Notes: generated by a model from the sequence alone, not told the origin. A stretch of 64,000 bases of DNA from Candidatus Parcubacteria bacterium (GCA_018669975.1 JABHSK010000007.1:390-64389), one strand, 5' to 3'. Positions 39,756-48,718 are shown, counted from the stretch's first letter. A program made the numbers and translations.

Positions 39756-40562
39756 TCAATCTCCTTGCCAGGAGAAGCGTAGGCGCTGTGTTTTCATGAA
39801 ATAAGAGGACTCTTCCGCAAATAGCAGGGTAACCCGCTGTTTGGAGATAGTGACTGATACTGCCGAGACTCCAGAGAATCCCTGATTATCAGCCATAACC
39901 ATATGCTGCCTTTTGTCATCTTCGATCATGACGATGGTCACTTGGCTACTGCCAGGGAGCATTTGAGGTCGGAAGTTATCCGGAATATAGGGGCAAATTG
40001 GGGTTAGACCCATGCAATCACCAGCTTGGACATCAAGAATGATGCCACCCGCAGAGCGGTTGTAAGCCGTAGATCCGCCAGGAGTACAGATGATGATTCC
40101 GTCGCCAGAATAAAAGTCGTACTTGTGACCAACCATGATATCGTGGCCATCAATCAGGATTTGATGCTTGGCACCTTGTCCGCGGGTATTGATGGTTTTG
40201 GTCCAGATATCATTGAAAGCCAGCACGTCTTGAACTTTACCATCAAAAAAGCTTACAGCAGCTTTGAGTAGAGGAAATTCAGTGTGAACACTTCGTTCCA
40301 CGGCTGCTCGGATATCATTTTCATCATCCGCATGGTCGTTGAGCAGGAAACCCACGGTGCCACGGTTGATGCCGTAGATAGGAATGCCTAGGTGAGCATA
40401 CTCTCTGGCAGCCCAGGACATAGTACCGTCACCACCGACAGCTAGTAATACTTCAGCATCCCCAGGATGCTCAACTACTGTGAACTGACGGCGAAGTTTT
40501 TCGGTGATAGCTCCAGTTAATTCATAGCGAGGTTTATCACCCAGTAGAATAGCAGCTTTCAT
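39756..40562 (-). CDS. nadK: NAD kinase
   Basis: GGDGT, GINRGTVGFL, FND, GDG...TPGGSTAYNRSAGG; start reassigned to MKAAIL. Confidence 0.88.
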   Translation of the reverse strand: MKAAILLGDKPRYELTGAITEKLRRQFTVVEHPGDAEVLLAVGGDGTMSWAAREYAHLGIPIYGINRGTVGFLLNDHADDENDIRAAVERSVHTEFPLLKAAVSFFDGKVQDVLAFNDIWTKTINTRGQGAKHQILIDGHDIMVGHKYDFYSGDGIIICTPGGSTAYNRSAGGIILDVQAGDCMGLTPICPYIPDNFRPQMLPGSSQVTIVMIEDDKRQHMVMADNQGFSGVSAVSVTISKQRVTLLFAEESSYFMKTQRLRFSWQGD

Positions 40563-40563
40563 T

Positions 40564-41685
40564 TTATCGCCCCTTAATTTTTTCCAGTAGCTTGAAAGCT
40601 CTGGCGAGCATTTTTGACTGCTGGAAAGCAAGTTGCGTTTTGAGTGCTTCTTCGACTGGGATCAGTCGAACATTTTCTAGGTCAGAATCTGACCGCAAGT
40701 GATATTCCAGTGAATCGACGGAACCTTCATAGATGGTCATAAAGACCAGGCTACTGCCACCCTGAGTGCCGGCCATGTCTTGGTTGGGACTACCGAACTT
40801 CCCTACAAAGTGTAGGTGGCTCAGCGTGTTTTTGCCGATAATGATTTGGGTGGGTAGTATATGAGGCTCGCTGACTCGCAGTGGAATACCAGTTTCTTCT
40901 TCAGCTTCGAATAGAGCGGCATTGATGGGACTTTCGTAGTCCTCGATAGCGCCACCGGGTGTAGCTAGAAAACCAGCAAAGTCTCGACTACTGTCACCAC
41001 GGCGGTTACCGAGCACTACGTGCCAGCGGAAACCGTCATTGACAAACATCAGTAGGTCGACGCATTGTCGTCCCAGTTCAAAATCAGTCTCTCTGCCGAG
41101 TACGGCATCGGTGATTCCATAGAAGTCACCAGACTGAGCAATAAACATTTTAGTGCCAGCAGCAGCAAACTCTTCCCAGACAGCGATGTCGTTGTCTCGG
41201 ATGGCTGCCCGTAGTCGGGTGGCACTGATGTCGATTGCTTCGGTGATGATGTCGCGGGAAAAGCATTCCAGCTTACTGGTGATGCCTTCACCGAGAGCTT
41301 CCATAACTCGAGGGTTGTCTGAAGCAATGCCGGTGATTAAATTGAAATGCGGCATGCCAGAAATAAAGGCGCGCCATTTGTCGTCGTCGTGAAAGTCTGG
41401 GATAGGCACGAAGACAAAGTCTTTCTTCGGAATTCCTTCCAATTGTAGTGACAGGGCCAGCATAGCTTGCACCTGGAACACCTGAATTGGATTGTTGCTG
41501 TTGATGGTATAACAGGATCCATTGGCGATGACTAACTTGTTGCCTTTTTCCCAAAGAGTTTTGAGAAAGGCAATATGACCTACGTGGGGCAGCTTGGCGC
41601 GGCCAACCCACAAGGCAATTTTGTCGCCAGCCTTTGACCATTCTTGGATGCAATCGAAACTGGGTAGAACTCGGTTGTCAATCAT
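40564..41685 (-). CDS. NadM-Nudix bifunctional (NMN adenylyltransferase / ADP-ribose pyrophosphatase-like)
   Basis: PHVGH, NP, ISATRLR; Nudix box GGAIEDYESPINAALFEAEEETG. Confidence 0.8.
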   Translation of the reverse strand: MIDNRVLPSFDCIQEWSKAGDKIALWVGRAKLPHVGHIAFLKTLWEKGNKLVIANGSCYTINSNNPIQVFQVQAMLALSLQLEGIPKKDFVFVPIPDFHDDDKWRAFISGMPHFNLITGIASDNPRVMEALGEGITSKLECFSRDIITEAIDISATRLRAAIRDNDIAVWEEFAAAGTKMFIAQSGDFYGITDAVLGRETDFELGRQCVDLLMFVNDGFRWHVVLGNRRGDSSRDFAGFLATPGGAIEDYESPINAALFEAEEETGIPLRVSEPHILPTQIIIGKNTLSHLHFVGKFGSPNQDMAGTQGGSSLVFMTIYEGSVDSLEYHLRSDSDLENVRLIPVEEALKTQLAFQQSKMLARAFKLLEKIKGR

Positions 41686-41870
41686 GTTTACTCCTTCTTA
41701 TTTCAAGGTTTTTTGAGTTTTGAAAGGTTCTAAGCGAAAAGACTAAGAAAATTAACATATTTTTAGCTTTTTGTCAATATTTATAGGTTTTAATGGGTAT
41801 ACCCTTGCTTTTTTGATAATTTTGTGTTAGAGTATTCGTGCTTAGGTTTTCTTAAACCTATTTTTAATTA

Positions 41871-41940
41871 ACACAAGCACTTTAGTTGTTTAGTAAACAA
41901 CCTTCCCCAACTTGGGGCGTTTGCTAACAAAAGTGTGGGT
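41871..41940 (+). promoter_or_regulatory. Structured rpsB leader (putative S2 autogenous operator)
   Basis: GCACTTT/AAAGTGT closing stem with inner hairpins TTGTTT/AAACAA and CCCCA/TGGGG. Confidence 0.55.
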
Positions 41941-41957
41941 AAGAAAGGAAAAAAACA

Positions 41958-42638
41958 ATGAATTTACCAAGTTTAGAAGACTTGCTAAAGCAGGGTGTTC
42001 ATTTTGGTCATAAGACTTCAAAAAGATATCCTAAAGCAAGTACTTACATTCACACAAAACGCAACGGTATTCACATTATTGATCTACAGAAAACAGTTGA
42101 AGCTTTGGAAAAAGCTTTACCTTTTGTAGAGAAGGTGACTAAAGCCGGGGGCGTTATTTTATTTATTGGTTCTAAGAAACAAGCTAAACAGATTGTTTTG
42201 GATGCAGCTAATAATTGTAGTATGCCATACATCATCGGTCGTTGGTTGGGTGGAACTTTTACCAACTTTGAAAACATAGTCAAATTGACTAGAAAGCTAG
42301 AGAAAATGGAAAAAGACGAAGAAGATGGTGCCTGGGAAATTTATAACAAAAAAGAACAGGTCACTTTTAAAAAAGAAATGGCCAAATTGCAAGAAACAGT
42401 TGGTGGTATCAAAAAGATGAAAAAATTACCACAAGCAGTTTTTGTAGTTGATATCAAAAAGGAAAGAACAGCTGTGAACGAGGCTAGAAAAATGAATATC
42501 CCAGTAATTGCCATGACTGACACTAACGTTAATCCAGAAATGGTAGATTATCCAATTCCTGCTAATGATGATGCTATTAAATCTATAAGTGTTATCACTA
42601 ATTTGATATCAGAAGCAATTGCTGACGCTAGAAAATAA
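41958..42638 (+). CDS. rpsB: 30S ribosomal protein S2
   Basis: GVHFGH, RWLGGTFTNF, IPANDDAIKS. Confidence 0.97.
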   Translation: MNLPSLEDLLKQGVHFGHKTSKRYPKASTYIHTKRNGIHIIDLQKTVEALEKALPFVEKVTKAGGVILFIGSKKQAKQIVLDAANNCSMPYIIGRWLGGTFTNFENIVKLTRKLEKMEKDEEDGAWEIYNKKEQVTFKKEMAKLQETVGGIKKMKKLPQAVFVVDIKKERTAVNEARKMNIPVIAMTDTNVNPEMVDYPIPANDDAIKSISVITNLISEAIADARK

Positions 42639-42661
42639 AAATAATTAATAAATTATCTATT

Positions 42662-43435
42662 ATGTCCCTAGAACTTATCAAAGATGTTAGACAGATCACA
42701 GGTGCTGGAATGTCCGATGTAAAAAAAGCCCTAGATGAGGCTGGTGGCGACAAGGACAAGGCTATTGAAATACTAAGAAAAGCCGGTCAGAAGATTGCCG
42801 CTAAAAAATCTGCTAGAGAAATCAAAGAGGGTGTTATTGCCTTAGCTAAAGGTGATGGTAAGATTGCTATCGTTAGTCTTGGTTGTGAAACAGATTTTGT
42901 TGCTCGTAATGAAGACTTTATCAAAACAGTTGATGAGCTAGCTGGTAAACTTTTAGAGCTTGGCAAGGATAAGTTTGAATCATGGGCCACTGAATATATT
43001 CAAAATGAACTGATTGTAAAGATTGGCGAAAATCTACAATTGATTCAATTTGATGTTTTAGAAGGCAATGCTATTGGTACTTATTTGCATTCTAATAAAA
43101 AGATTGCCTCAATTGTAGTTTTATCTGAAGGTAGCGAGGACACTGCTAAGGAAGTTGCTATGCATGCCGCTGCTATGGCACCAAAATATCTTAAGCCAGA
43201 AGAAGTTAACACTGATGAATTAGAAAAAGAGAAAGAAATTTATCGTGAACAGCTTAAGAAAGAAGGTAAGCCAGAAAATATGCTCGACAAGATTCTGGAA
43301 GGAAAAATTCAAAAATATTATACTGAAGTTTGCTTGCTGAAACAGACATTTGTCAAAGATGACAAAAAGACTATTGAACAGTTTATAGAAGAAAATAAAG
43401 CTGTAATTGATACTTTTGGATATTATTCACTATAA
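42662..43435 (+). CDS. tsf: Elongation factor Ts
   Basis: TGAGMSDVKKAL, CETDFVA. Confidence 0.97.
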   Translation: MSLELIKDVRQITGAGMSDVKKALDEAGGDKDKAIEILRKAGQKIAAKKSAREIKEGVIALAKGDGKIAIVSLGCETDFVARNEDFIKTVDELAGKLLELGKDKFESWATEYIQNELIVKIGENLQLIQFDVLEGNAIGTYLHSNKKIASIVVLSEGSEDTAKEVAMHAAAMAPKYLKPEEVNTDELEKEKEIYREQLKKEGKPENMLDKILEGKIQKYYTEVCLLKQTFVKDDKKTIEQFIEENKAVIDTFGYYSL

Positions 43436-43442
43436 AATATTT

Positions 43443-43474
43443 AAAACGCGCCGCCCATTTGGGCGGCGCGTTTT
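43443..43474 (+). terminator. GC-rich intrinsic terminator
   Basis: AAAACGCGCCGCCC-ATTT-GGGCGGCGCGTTTT. Confidence 0.8.
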
Positions 43475-43509
43475 TTATAAGCTTGCTATTATTAAGCTGA
43501 TTTGGCATA

Positions 43510-44262
43510 ATGGATATAAGTTTACAAAAAAATATGGCAAAAATAAAATTTAAAAAACGTATAGTTATCAAAACATCCGGTGAAGTAATGGGTGATCCAA
43601 ATTCTGAATCAAATTTGGATTTTGTTAAAATTAAAAAATTGGCGCAAAGTCTAAAAAAATTAACAAGCTCAGGTTATCAGGTGGCTATTGTTGTTGGGGC
43701 AGGTAATATTTTTCGTGGTCGAATGGCCAAAGATGCTCAAATAGAGAGAGTTACTGCTGATCATATGGGAATGATAGCTACTCACATTAATGCTTTGGCG
43801 CTGCAGTCCATGTTGGAAAAGAATGGACAGGAAGCAGTGGTGATGTCACCATTTTATATGCCCAAGGCATTAGTACCATATAATCACCACAAGGCCATTA
43901 AACATCTAGAGTCGGGTAAAATAGTGATTTTGGCTGGCGGTACTGGCAGTCCATACTTTACTACGGATACCAATATGGTGCTTAGAGCCCTAGAAATACA
44001 GGCTGATCACATGTTTAAGGCTACTAATGTAGCTGGGGTCTATGATGCTGATCCAGATAAAAACCCTAAAGCTAAATTGTATAAAGAGTTGACATATTCT
44101 CAGGCTCTTGATAAAAATTTAAAAGTCATGGATACAGCTGCTTTTGCACTGGCTCGTGATAATAATCTAAAATTGACCGTATTTGAGTATAGTCCAGCTA
44201 ATTTAATCAAGGTTGTCAAACAGGATAATATTGGTACTAAAGTTTTTAATGAAAGTCATTAA
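43510..44262 (+). CDS. pyrH: UMP kinase
   Basis: KTSGE, GAGNIFRG, AD.MGM.AT..NAL, PYFTTDT, VMDTAA; start may be MAKIK at 43534. Confidence 0.95.
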   Translation: MDISLQKNMAKIKFKKRIVIKTSGEVMGDPNSESNLDFVKIKKLAQSLKKLTSSGYQVAIVVGAGNIFRGRMAKDAQIERVTADHMGMIATHINALALQSMLEKNGQEAVVMSPFYMPKALVPYNHHKAIKHLESGKIVILAGGTGSPYFTTDTNMVLRALEIQADHMFKATNVAGVYDADPDKNPKAKLYKELTYSQALDKNLKVMDTAAFALARDNNLKLTVFEYSPANLIKVVKQDNIGTKVFNESH

Positions 44263-45139
44263 AGTACAATTTAATAAAATAGATAAGGAATATTTTTTCT
44301 TGCCCGAGTTTTCTGCTAAGCCCGATGATAACATAAAAATCGGTGATTGGGTTATTGTTGAAACTATTTTAGGTCAGGATTTGGGAATTATCACTGGCTG
44401 GGCTGATTTTCAGTCAAAAGAGACAGAAGTAGGCGGTGGTGATAAGATCGCCGGAATCATACAACAGGATAAAATTTTTGATATTAAGCCGATGTTACGT
44501 AAAGTGACTAAGGATGATTTAGTTAAATATAAAAGCCAAAAAGATAATTACAAAAAATATCTTCTTAAGTGTAAAGATCTTTGTGTTAAACATGAGCTCA
44601 AAGGAATGAAGTTGATTGATGTTTGTGAATCTTTTGATGGTAATCGATTAACTTTTTATTTTATTTCAGACACTAGGGTTGATTTTAGAGAGTTGGTAAA
44701 AGATTTGGTAAAATCTTTCCGTAAGAAGATTCGTTTACAGCAAATTGGTGTGCGTGATGCCGCCAAGGCTTGTGGCGATTTTGGATCCTGTGGTATGCCA
44801 CTCTGTTGTCGATCTTGGTTGAGTGTTATTGGCAATGTTAGTCCAGACTATATCAAGGATCAATCATTGAGTCATCGAGGTGCAGATAGATTAACAGGAG
44901 TTTGTGGTAGATTAAAATGTTGTCTAAGATATGAAGAGGAGGCCTATCGCTATAGTTTAGATAGGCTACCAAAAGTTGGTGATATTATCAAAACGGGTGC
45001 TGGCAACGGAGAGGTTAGGGTAGTACATGCACTCAAGAGTACAGTAAGCCTTAAGATAGGTGATGCCATGGTAGAATATCCTTACTTAGACGGTAAATTA
45101 TGCCAAGGCACGGAAAAAGATTGTAAAAAAAATAAATAA
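44249..45139 (+). CDS. ricT: PSP1-domain Fe-S protein RicT/YaaT
   Basis: RVDFRELVKDL, QIGVRD.AK, CGMPLCC, G.CGRLKCCLRYE. Confidence 0.88.
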   Translation: MKVIKVQFNKIDKEYFFLPEFSAKPDDNIKIGDWVIVETILGQDLGIITGWADFQSKETEVGGGDKIAGIIQQDKIFDIKPMLRKVTKDDLVKYKSQKDNYKKYLLKCKDLCVKHELKGMKLIDVCESFDGNRLTFYFISDTRVDFRELVKDLVKSFRKKIRLQQIGVRDAAKACGDFGSCGMPLCCRSWLSVIGNVSPDYIKDQSLSHRGADRLTGVCGRLKCCLRYEEEAYRYSLDRLPKVGDIIKTGAGNGEVRVVHALKSTVSLKIGDAMVEYPYLDGKLCQGTEKDCKKNK

Positions 45140-45213
45140 TACTTATATAAAATCGATTAGCTACTAATCGGTTTTTTTGTTATAATAATATAGTTAAAAT
45201 TAAATAAAAAAAT

Positions 45214-46224
45214 ATGGCAAAAGGAAAAATAAAAGTAGCTATTAATGGCTTCGGTCGTATTGGTAGAGCAGCTTTCAAAATATTGTTGGATAGTAAAAAA
45301 TATGAAGTAGTCGGTGTCAATGACTTAGCTCCAGCAGAGAGTTTAGCGTATTTACTTAAATACGATACGGTTTATGGTGTTTATCCAAAAAAAGTGATTC
45401 ACAAAGGGCAAGATATTTTTGTAGGCAGCAAGAAGTATCACATTATTGCTGAGCCAGATCCAAAAAAATTACCCTGGAAAAAACTTAAAGTGGACGTAGT
45501 GCTGGAATGTACAGGAAGATTTGTTAAAAATGGAGCAGCGGCAGCACATGTAAAAGCAGGCGCCAAGGCGGTCATTATTTCAGCCCCAGCCAAAGGTGGT
45601 GGTGATGTAGAAACATTTTTATTGGGAGTCAACGAGGAAGGTTATAAAAATCAAAAAGTTGTTTCTAATGCATCTTGTACAACTAATTGTGTTGCACCAG
45701 TGGCTCAGGTTTTGGTGTCCAAGTTTGGAGTAGAGAAGGCGATGATGACTACCATTCATTCATATACTGCTGATCAGGGATTGGTAGATGGACCACACAA
45801 AAAAGATCCACGTCGTGGTCGTAGCGCTGCTCAAAACATAATACCGACTAGCACAGGTGCAGCAGTAGCTACAGCTCAGGTTATTCCCGAGTTAGAGGGC
45901 TTGTTTGATGGTTTAGCAGTTAGAGTGCCAACTGTAGTGTGCTCTTTATCTGATTTTACTTTTGTACTTAAGAAAGACGTCACAGTTAAACAAATAAATA
46001 ATGCCTTAACTACTGCTAGTAAGCAACTGAAATATAAAGGAATTTTAGGTGTAACAACTGATCCAGTAGTTTCTTCAGATTTTATTGGTGATTCCAGGTC
46101 TTCCATAGTAGACTTGTCTTTAACAAAGGTGGTTGGAGGTAATATGGTTAAGATTATTGCTTGGTATGATAATGAATGGGGTTATTCAAATAGACTGGTA
46201 GAAATGATTGATCAAATGAAATAA
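45214..46224 (+). CDS. gap: Glyceraldehyde-3-phosphate dehydrogenase
   Basis: INGFGRIGR, SNASCTTNC, WYDNEWGYS. Confidence 0.97.
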   Translation: MAKGKIKVAINGFGRIGRAAFKILLDSKKYEVVGVNDLAPAESLAYLLKYDTVYGVYPKKVIHKGQDIFVGSKKYHIIAEPDPKKLPWKKLKVDVVLECTGRFVKNGAAAAHVKAGAKAVIISAPAKGGGDVETFLLGVNEEGYKNQKVVSNASCTTNCVAPVAQVLVSKFGVEKAMMTTIHSYTADQGLVDGPHKKDPRRGRSAAQNIIPTSTGAAVATAQVIPELEGLFDGLAVRVPTVVCSLSDFTFVLKKDVTVKQINNALTTASKQLKYKGILGVTTDPVVSSDFIGDSRSSIVDLSLTKVVGGNMVKIIAWYDNEWGYSNRLVEMIDQMK

Positions 46225-46315
46225 TTATATACTTTTATAAAAACCCTGTCTTTGGCGGGGTTTTTTGTATAGACAAAATATGTTTTTGTGCTAAACTAAA
46301 TTTACAGTCTATTTT

Positions 46316-47698
46316 ATGAAAATTGAGTTATACAATAGTTTAAGTAAGAAAAAGGAAGAGTTTGTACCCATTCAAAAGAATAAGGTGGGTATGTATACTT
46401 GTGGTCCAACAGTTTATGACTATCCGCACATTGGTAATTTGCTAGCTTATACTATCTGGGATGTATTGAAGAAATTTTTGTTATCCCAAGGTTATAAGGT
46501 GACTCATATTATGAATTTTACTGATGTTGGTCATTTAACTAGTGATGCTGATGAAGGAGAGGATAAACTAGAGAAAGCAGGGAGGAGCACTGGTCGTTCA
46601 GCTTGGGAGATTGCAGAGTTTTTTATTAAAGTTTTTAAAAATAATCTTTACCAACTTAATATTGCAGAACCAACGAAATTTTTGCGAGCTACCGATACTG
46701 TTGAAGAGCAAATTGCTTTTACAAAGATTTTGTGGGACAAGGGATTTTTATATAAGACCAAGGATGGTCTTTATTTTGATACTTCAAAAATAGACAACTA
46801 CGGCAAGTTAGCCAATTTAGATAAAGTAGAGCAACAAGAAGGAGCTAGGGTAACTAAAAACCCAGAAAAGAAAAATTTAACTGATTTTGCAGTTTGGAAA
46901 TATTCTCCAGAAGACAAGAAGCGTGACATGGAGTGGGACTCTCCCTGGGGCTTGGGTTTCCCGGGTTGGCATTTAGAGTGTTCCGTTATGAGTCAAATGA
47001 CTTTAGGAGATACTTTTGATATACACACTGGTGGTATGGATTTAATGACAGTGCATCATCCAAACGAGATGGCAGGTTCAGAGGCAGTTACTGGTAAACA
47101 GCAGGCAAATTATTGGATGCATAATGCCTATGTAAAATTGGATGGTGGTAAAATGTCCAAATCTAAAGGTACCTATGTAAAATTGGAAGATATTAAAGAA
47201 AAAGGATTTTCTACCAAAGCTTTTAGATTGTTGGTTTTGCAAAATCATTATCGTAAGTCACTTAATTTTTCTTGGCAATCTATTGAGGCGGCCAACAAGG
47301 CTTTGCATAATATAGTCAGAGAAATTTCATTTTATGAAAAGCCCAAGGGAAATTGTGATAAGTTTTCTGACGAATTCTATAGCGCTTTAGCCGATGATCT
47401 TAACACCGCTAAAGCATTGGCAGTTATTCAAAAGATATTGGATGCAGATTGTTCTGATAGCGCCAAACTTAATACTATATTTAAAATAGATGAAATCTTG
47501 GGACTAGATCTAGAGAGCTTGCGTGATAGAGCATTAGAATTATCAAGTGAAATAAAAATTATTTTAGATAAAAGAGTTGAGGCTAGAAAGGCGAAAGATT
47601 GGAAGGAGTCCGATCGTTTACGTGATAAATTAACAGCCCTAGGTGTAGAGGTTCAAGATACGTCAGAAGGGCAGAGGGCAGTACAAGTAAAATTATAA
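46316..47698 (+). CDS. cysS: Cysteine-tRNA ligase
   Basis: CGPTVY..PHIGN, PGWHLECS, KMSKS. Confidence 0.97.
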   Translation: MKIELYNSLSKKKEEFVPIQKNKVGMYTCGPTVYDYPHIGNLLAYTIWDVLKKFLLSQGYKVTHIMNFTDVGHLTSDADEGEDKLEKAGRSTGRSAWEIAEFFIKVFKNNLYQLNIAEPTKFLRATDTVEEQIAFTKILWDKGFLYKTKDGLYFDTSKIDNYGKLANLDKVEQQEGARVTKNPEKKNLTDFAVWKYSPEDKKRDMEWDSPWGLGFPGWHLECSVMSQMTLGDTFDIHTGGMDLMTVHHPNEMAGSEAVTGKQQANYWMHNAYVKLDGGKMSKSKGTYVKLEDIKEKGFSTKAFRLLVLQNHYRKSLNFSWQSIEAANKALHNIVREISFYEKPKGNCDKFSDEFYSALADDLNTAKALAVIQKILDADCSDSAKLNTIFKIDEILGLDLESLRDRALELSSEIKIILDKRVEARKAKDWKESDRLRDKLTALGVEVQDTSEGQRAVQVKL

Positions 47699-47854
47699 AA
47701 TATAAATAAAAGGCTCGTCTAAAAGGCGAGTTTTTTAATATTGACGAATTTTTTGTTTCATTATAAGATAATTTTTGCGCATATGTTGTGCATTGTGGTT
47801 TATCCCACATAAGACAGGTAGAAAATAATTACCATCAAGCTTAAGGAGGAAATT

Positions 47855-48145
47855 ATGACTATCGGCAAGGTGACTCATGTTTTTACGAACAAGCGCTGCG
47901 TAGCTATTCGTATCAAAGAGGGTCAGCTAAATCAGGGCGATTTATTGAAGTTCACCAAAGGGGACGCAAGTACTGGTATGCCCGGTGTACACGACAGTCT
48001 GCATAAGGCTGGTTCGATTGAGATTGACAACGAGTCAGTTGTATCAGTTGAGGTCGGACAGGAGTGTGCGGTGCATATTGGCAGCGGTGAGTTGCCACCT
48101 AACAACTGTGACGTTATGGTGGTGATGATTCCGGAGCGCTGTTGA
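47855..48145 (+). CDS. Stand-alone EF-Tu domain II / U32 C-terminal-like beta-barrel protein
   Basis: IGKVTH.F....VAI, L..GD, SIEIDNE.V.....GQ pattern; AAGGAGG SD. Confidence 0.7.
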   Translation: MTIGKVTHVFTNKRCVAIRIKEGQLNQGDLLKFTKGDASTGMPGVHDSLHKAGSIEIDNESVVSVEVGQECAVHIGSGELPPNNCDVMVVMIPERC

Positions 48146-48170
48146 CAAGTTTTAATATCTGTCATAAGAT
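48142..48170 (+). promoter_or_regulatory. Sigma70 promoter for the tRNA-like array
   Basis: TTGACA-17-TAAGAT; the -35 overlaps the upstream TGA stop. Confidence 0.7.
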
Positions 48171-48192
48171 GCTCTTTGTGTGAATTTTAAAT

Positions 48193-48293
48193 GGGCAGGT
48201 AGTTTAACTTATTCCCAGGGCCCGGGAAGACCAAGTTAAAGCACCGACTGACCAGGTCGGAGATTGGGAGTTCGAATCTCTCTCTGCCCACCA
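48193..48293 (+). tRNA. tRNA-like RNA 1 with enlarged D arm and anticodon loop TGACCAG
   Basis: GGGCAGG/TCTGCCC-A-CCA; T arm GGGAG-TTCGAAT-CTCTC; CCGAC/GTCGG stem; extra D-arm hairpin. Confidence 0.8.
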
Positions 48294-48306
48294 TTTTTCC
48301 CAGGCA

Positions 48307-48381
48307 AGGGGTGTAGCTCAGCAGGATAGAGCGTCTCGTTTCGGCGAGAGGTCGAAGGTTCGATTCCTTCCACCCCTGCCA
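48307..48381 (+). tRNA. tRNA-like RNA 2 with anticodon arm capped by UUCG
   Basis: AGGGGTG/CACCCCT-G-CCA; GCTC/GAGC D stem; TCTCGT-TTCG-GCGAGA; GAAGG-TTCGATT-CCTTC. Confidence 0.8.
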
Positions 48382-48412
48382 ATAGTTCTTTATTATATTC
48401 ATCTCAGATGGA

Positions 48413-48487
48413 GTCCACGTACCTCAGGGGTAGAGGGCTTGTGTGTTAAGCAAGTTGTCACTGGTTCAAATCCAGTCGTGGACTCCA
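48413..48487 (+). tRNA. Atypical tRNA with GTT (Asn) anticodon, G32 and U73
   Basis: GTCCACG/CGTGGAC-T-CCA; CCTC/GAGG; CTTGT-GTGTTAA-GCAAG; ACTGG-TTCAAAT-CCAGT. Confidence 0.8.
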
Positions 48488-48493
48488 TAAGGA

Positions 48494-48597
48494 GCGGGCA
48501 TAGCTCAGCTGGCAGAGCATCTTTGGGACTTGGTAGTACCGCAGGGTAACTACCACGAAAAAGACGGTCGGGAGTTCGAGTCTCTCTGCCCGCTCCA
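48494..48597 (+). tRNA. tRNA-like RNA 4 with Gly-type acceptor and elongated anticodon arm
   Basis: GCGGGCA/TGCCCGC-T-CCA; TCTTT/AAAGA stem enclosing 35 nt with TGGTAG/CTACCA and TACC/GGTA helices; GGGAG-TTCGAGT-CTCTC. Confidence 0.8.
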
Positions 48598-48603
48598 CTT
48601 ATT

Positions 48604-48637
48604 ACCCCGTCGACATTGTTCGGCGGGTCTTCTTTTT
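48604..48637 (+). terminator. Terminator closing the tRNA-like array
   Basis: CCCGTCGA/TCGGCGGG hairpin followed by a T-rich tail. Confidence 0.7.
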
Positions 48638-48718
48638 AGTAATATTGACATAAAAGATCTTTTGTATTATGGTATAGTATGTTTTATGGTAATGTAAATT
48701 ATTTTTTTAGATATTTAT

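Noticed and set aside
48187-48402. 71-aa minus-strand ORF
   Set aside because: Antisense to tRNA-like RNAs 1 and 2; a typical shadow ORF
48193-48597. Bacterial Y RNA or selenocysteine/pyrrolysine tRNA interpretation
   Set aside because: No Ro60/rsr or sel/pyl genes in the window, no TCA or CTA anticodon, and topology is a non-permuted cloverleaf
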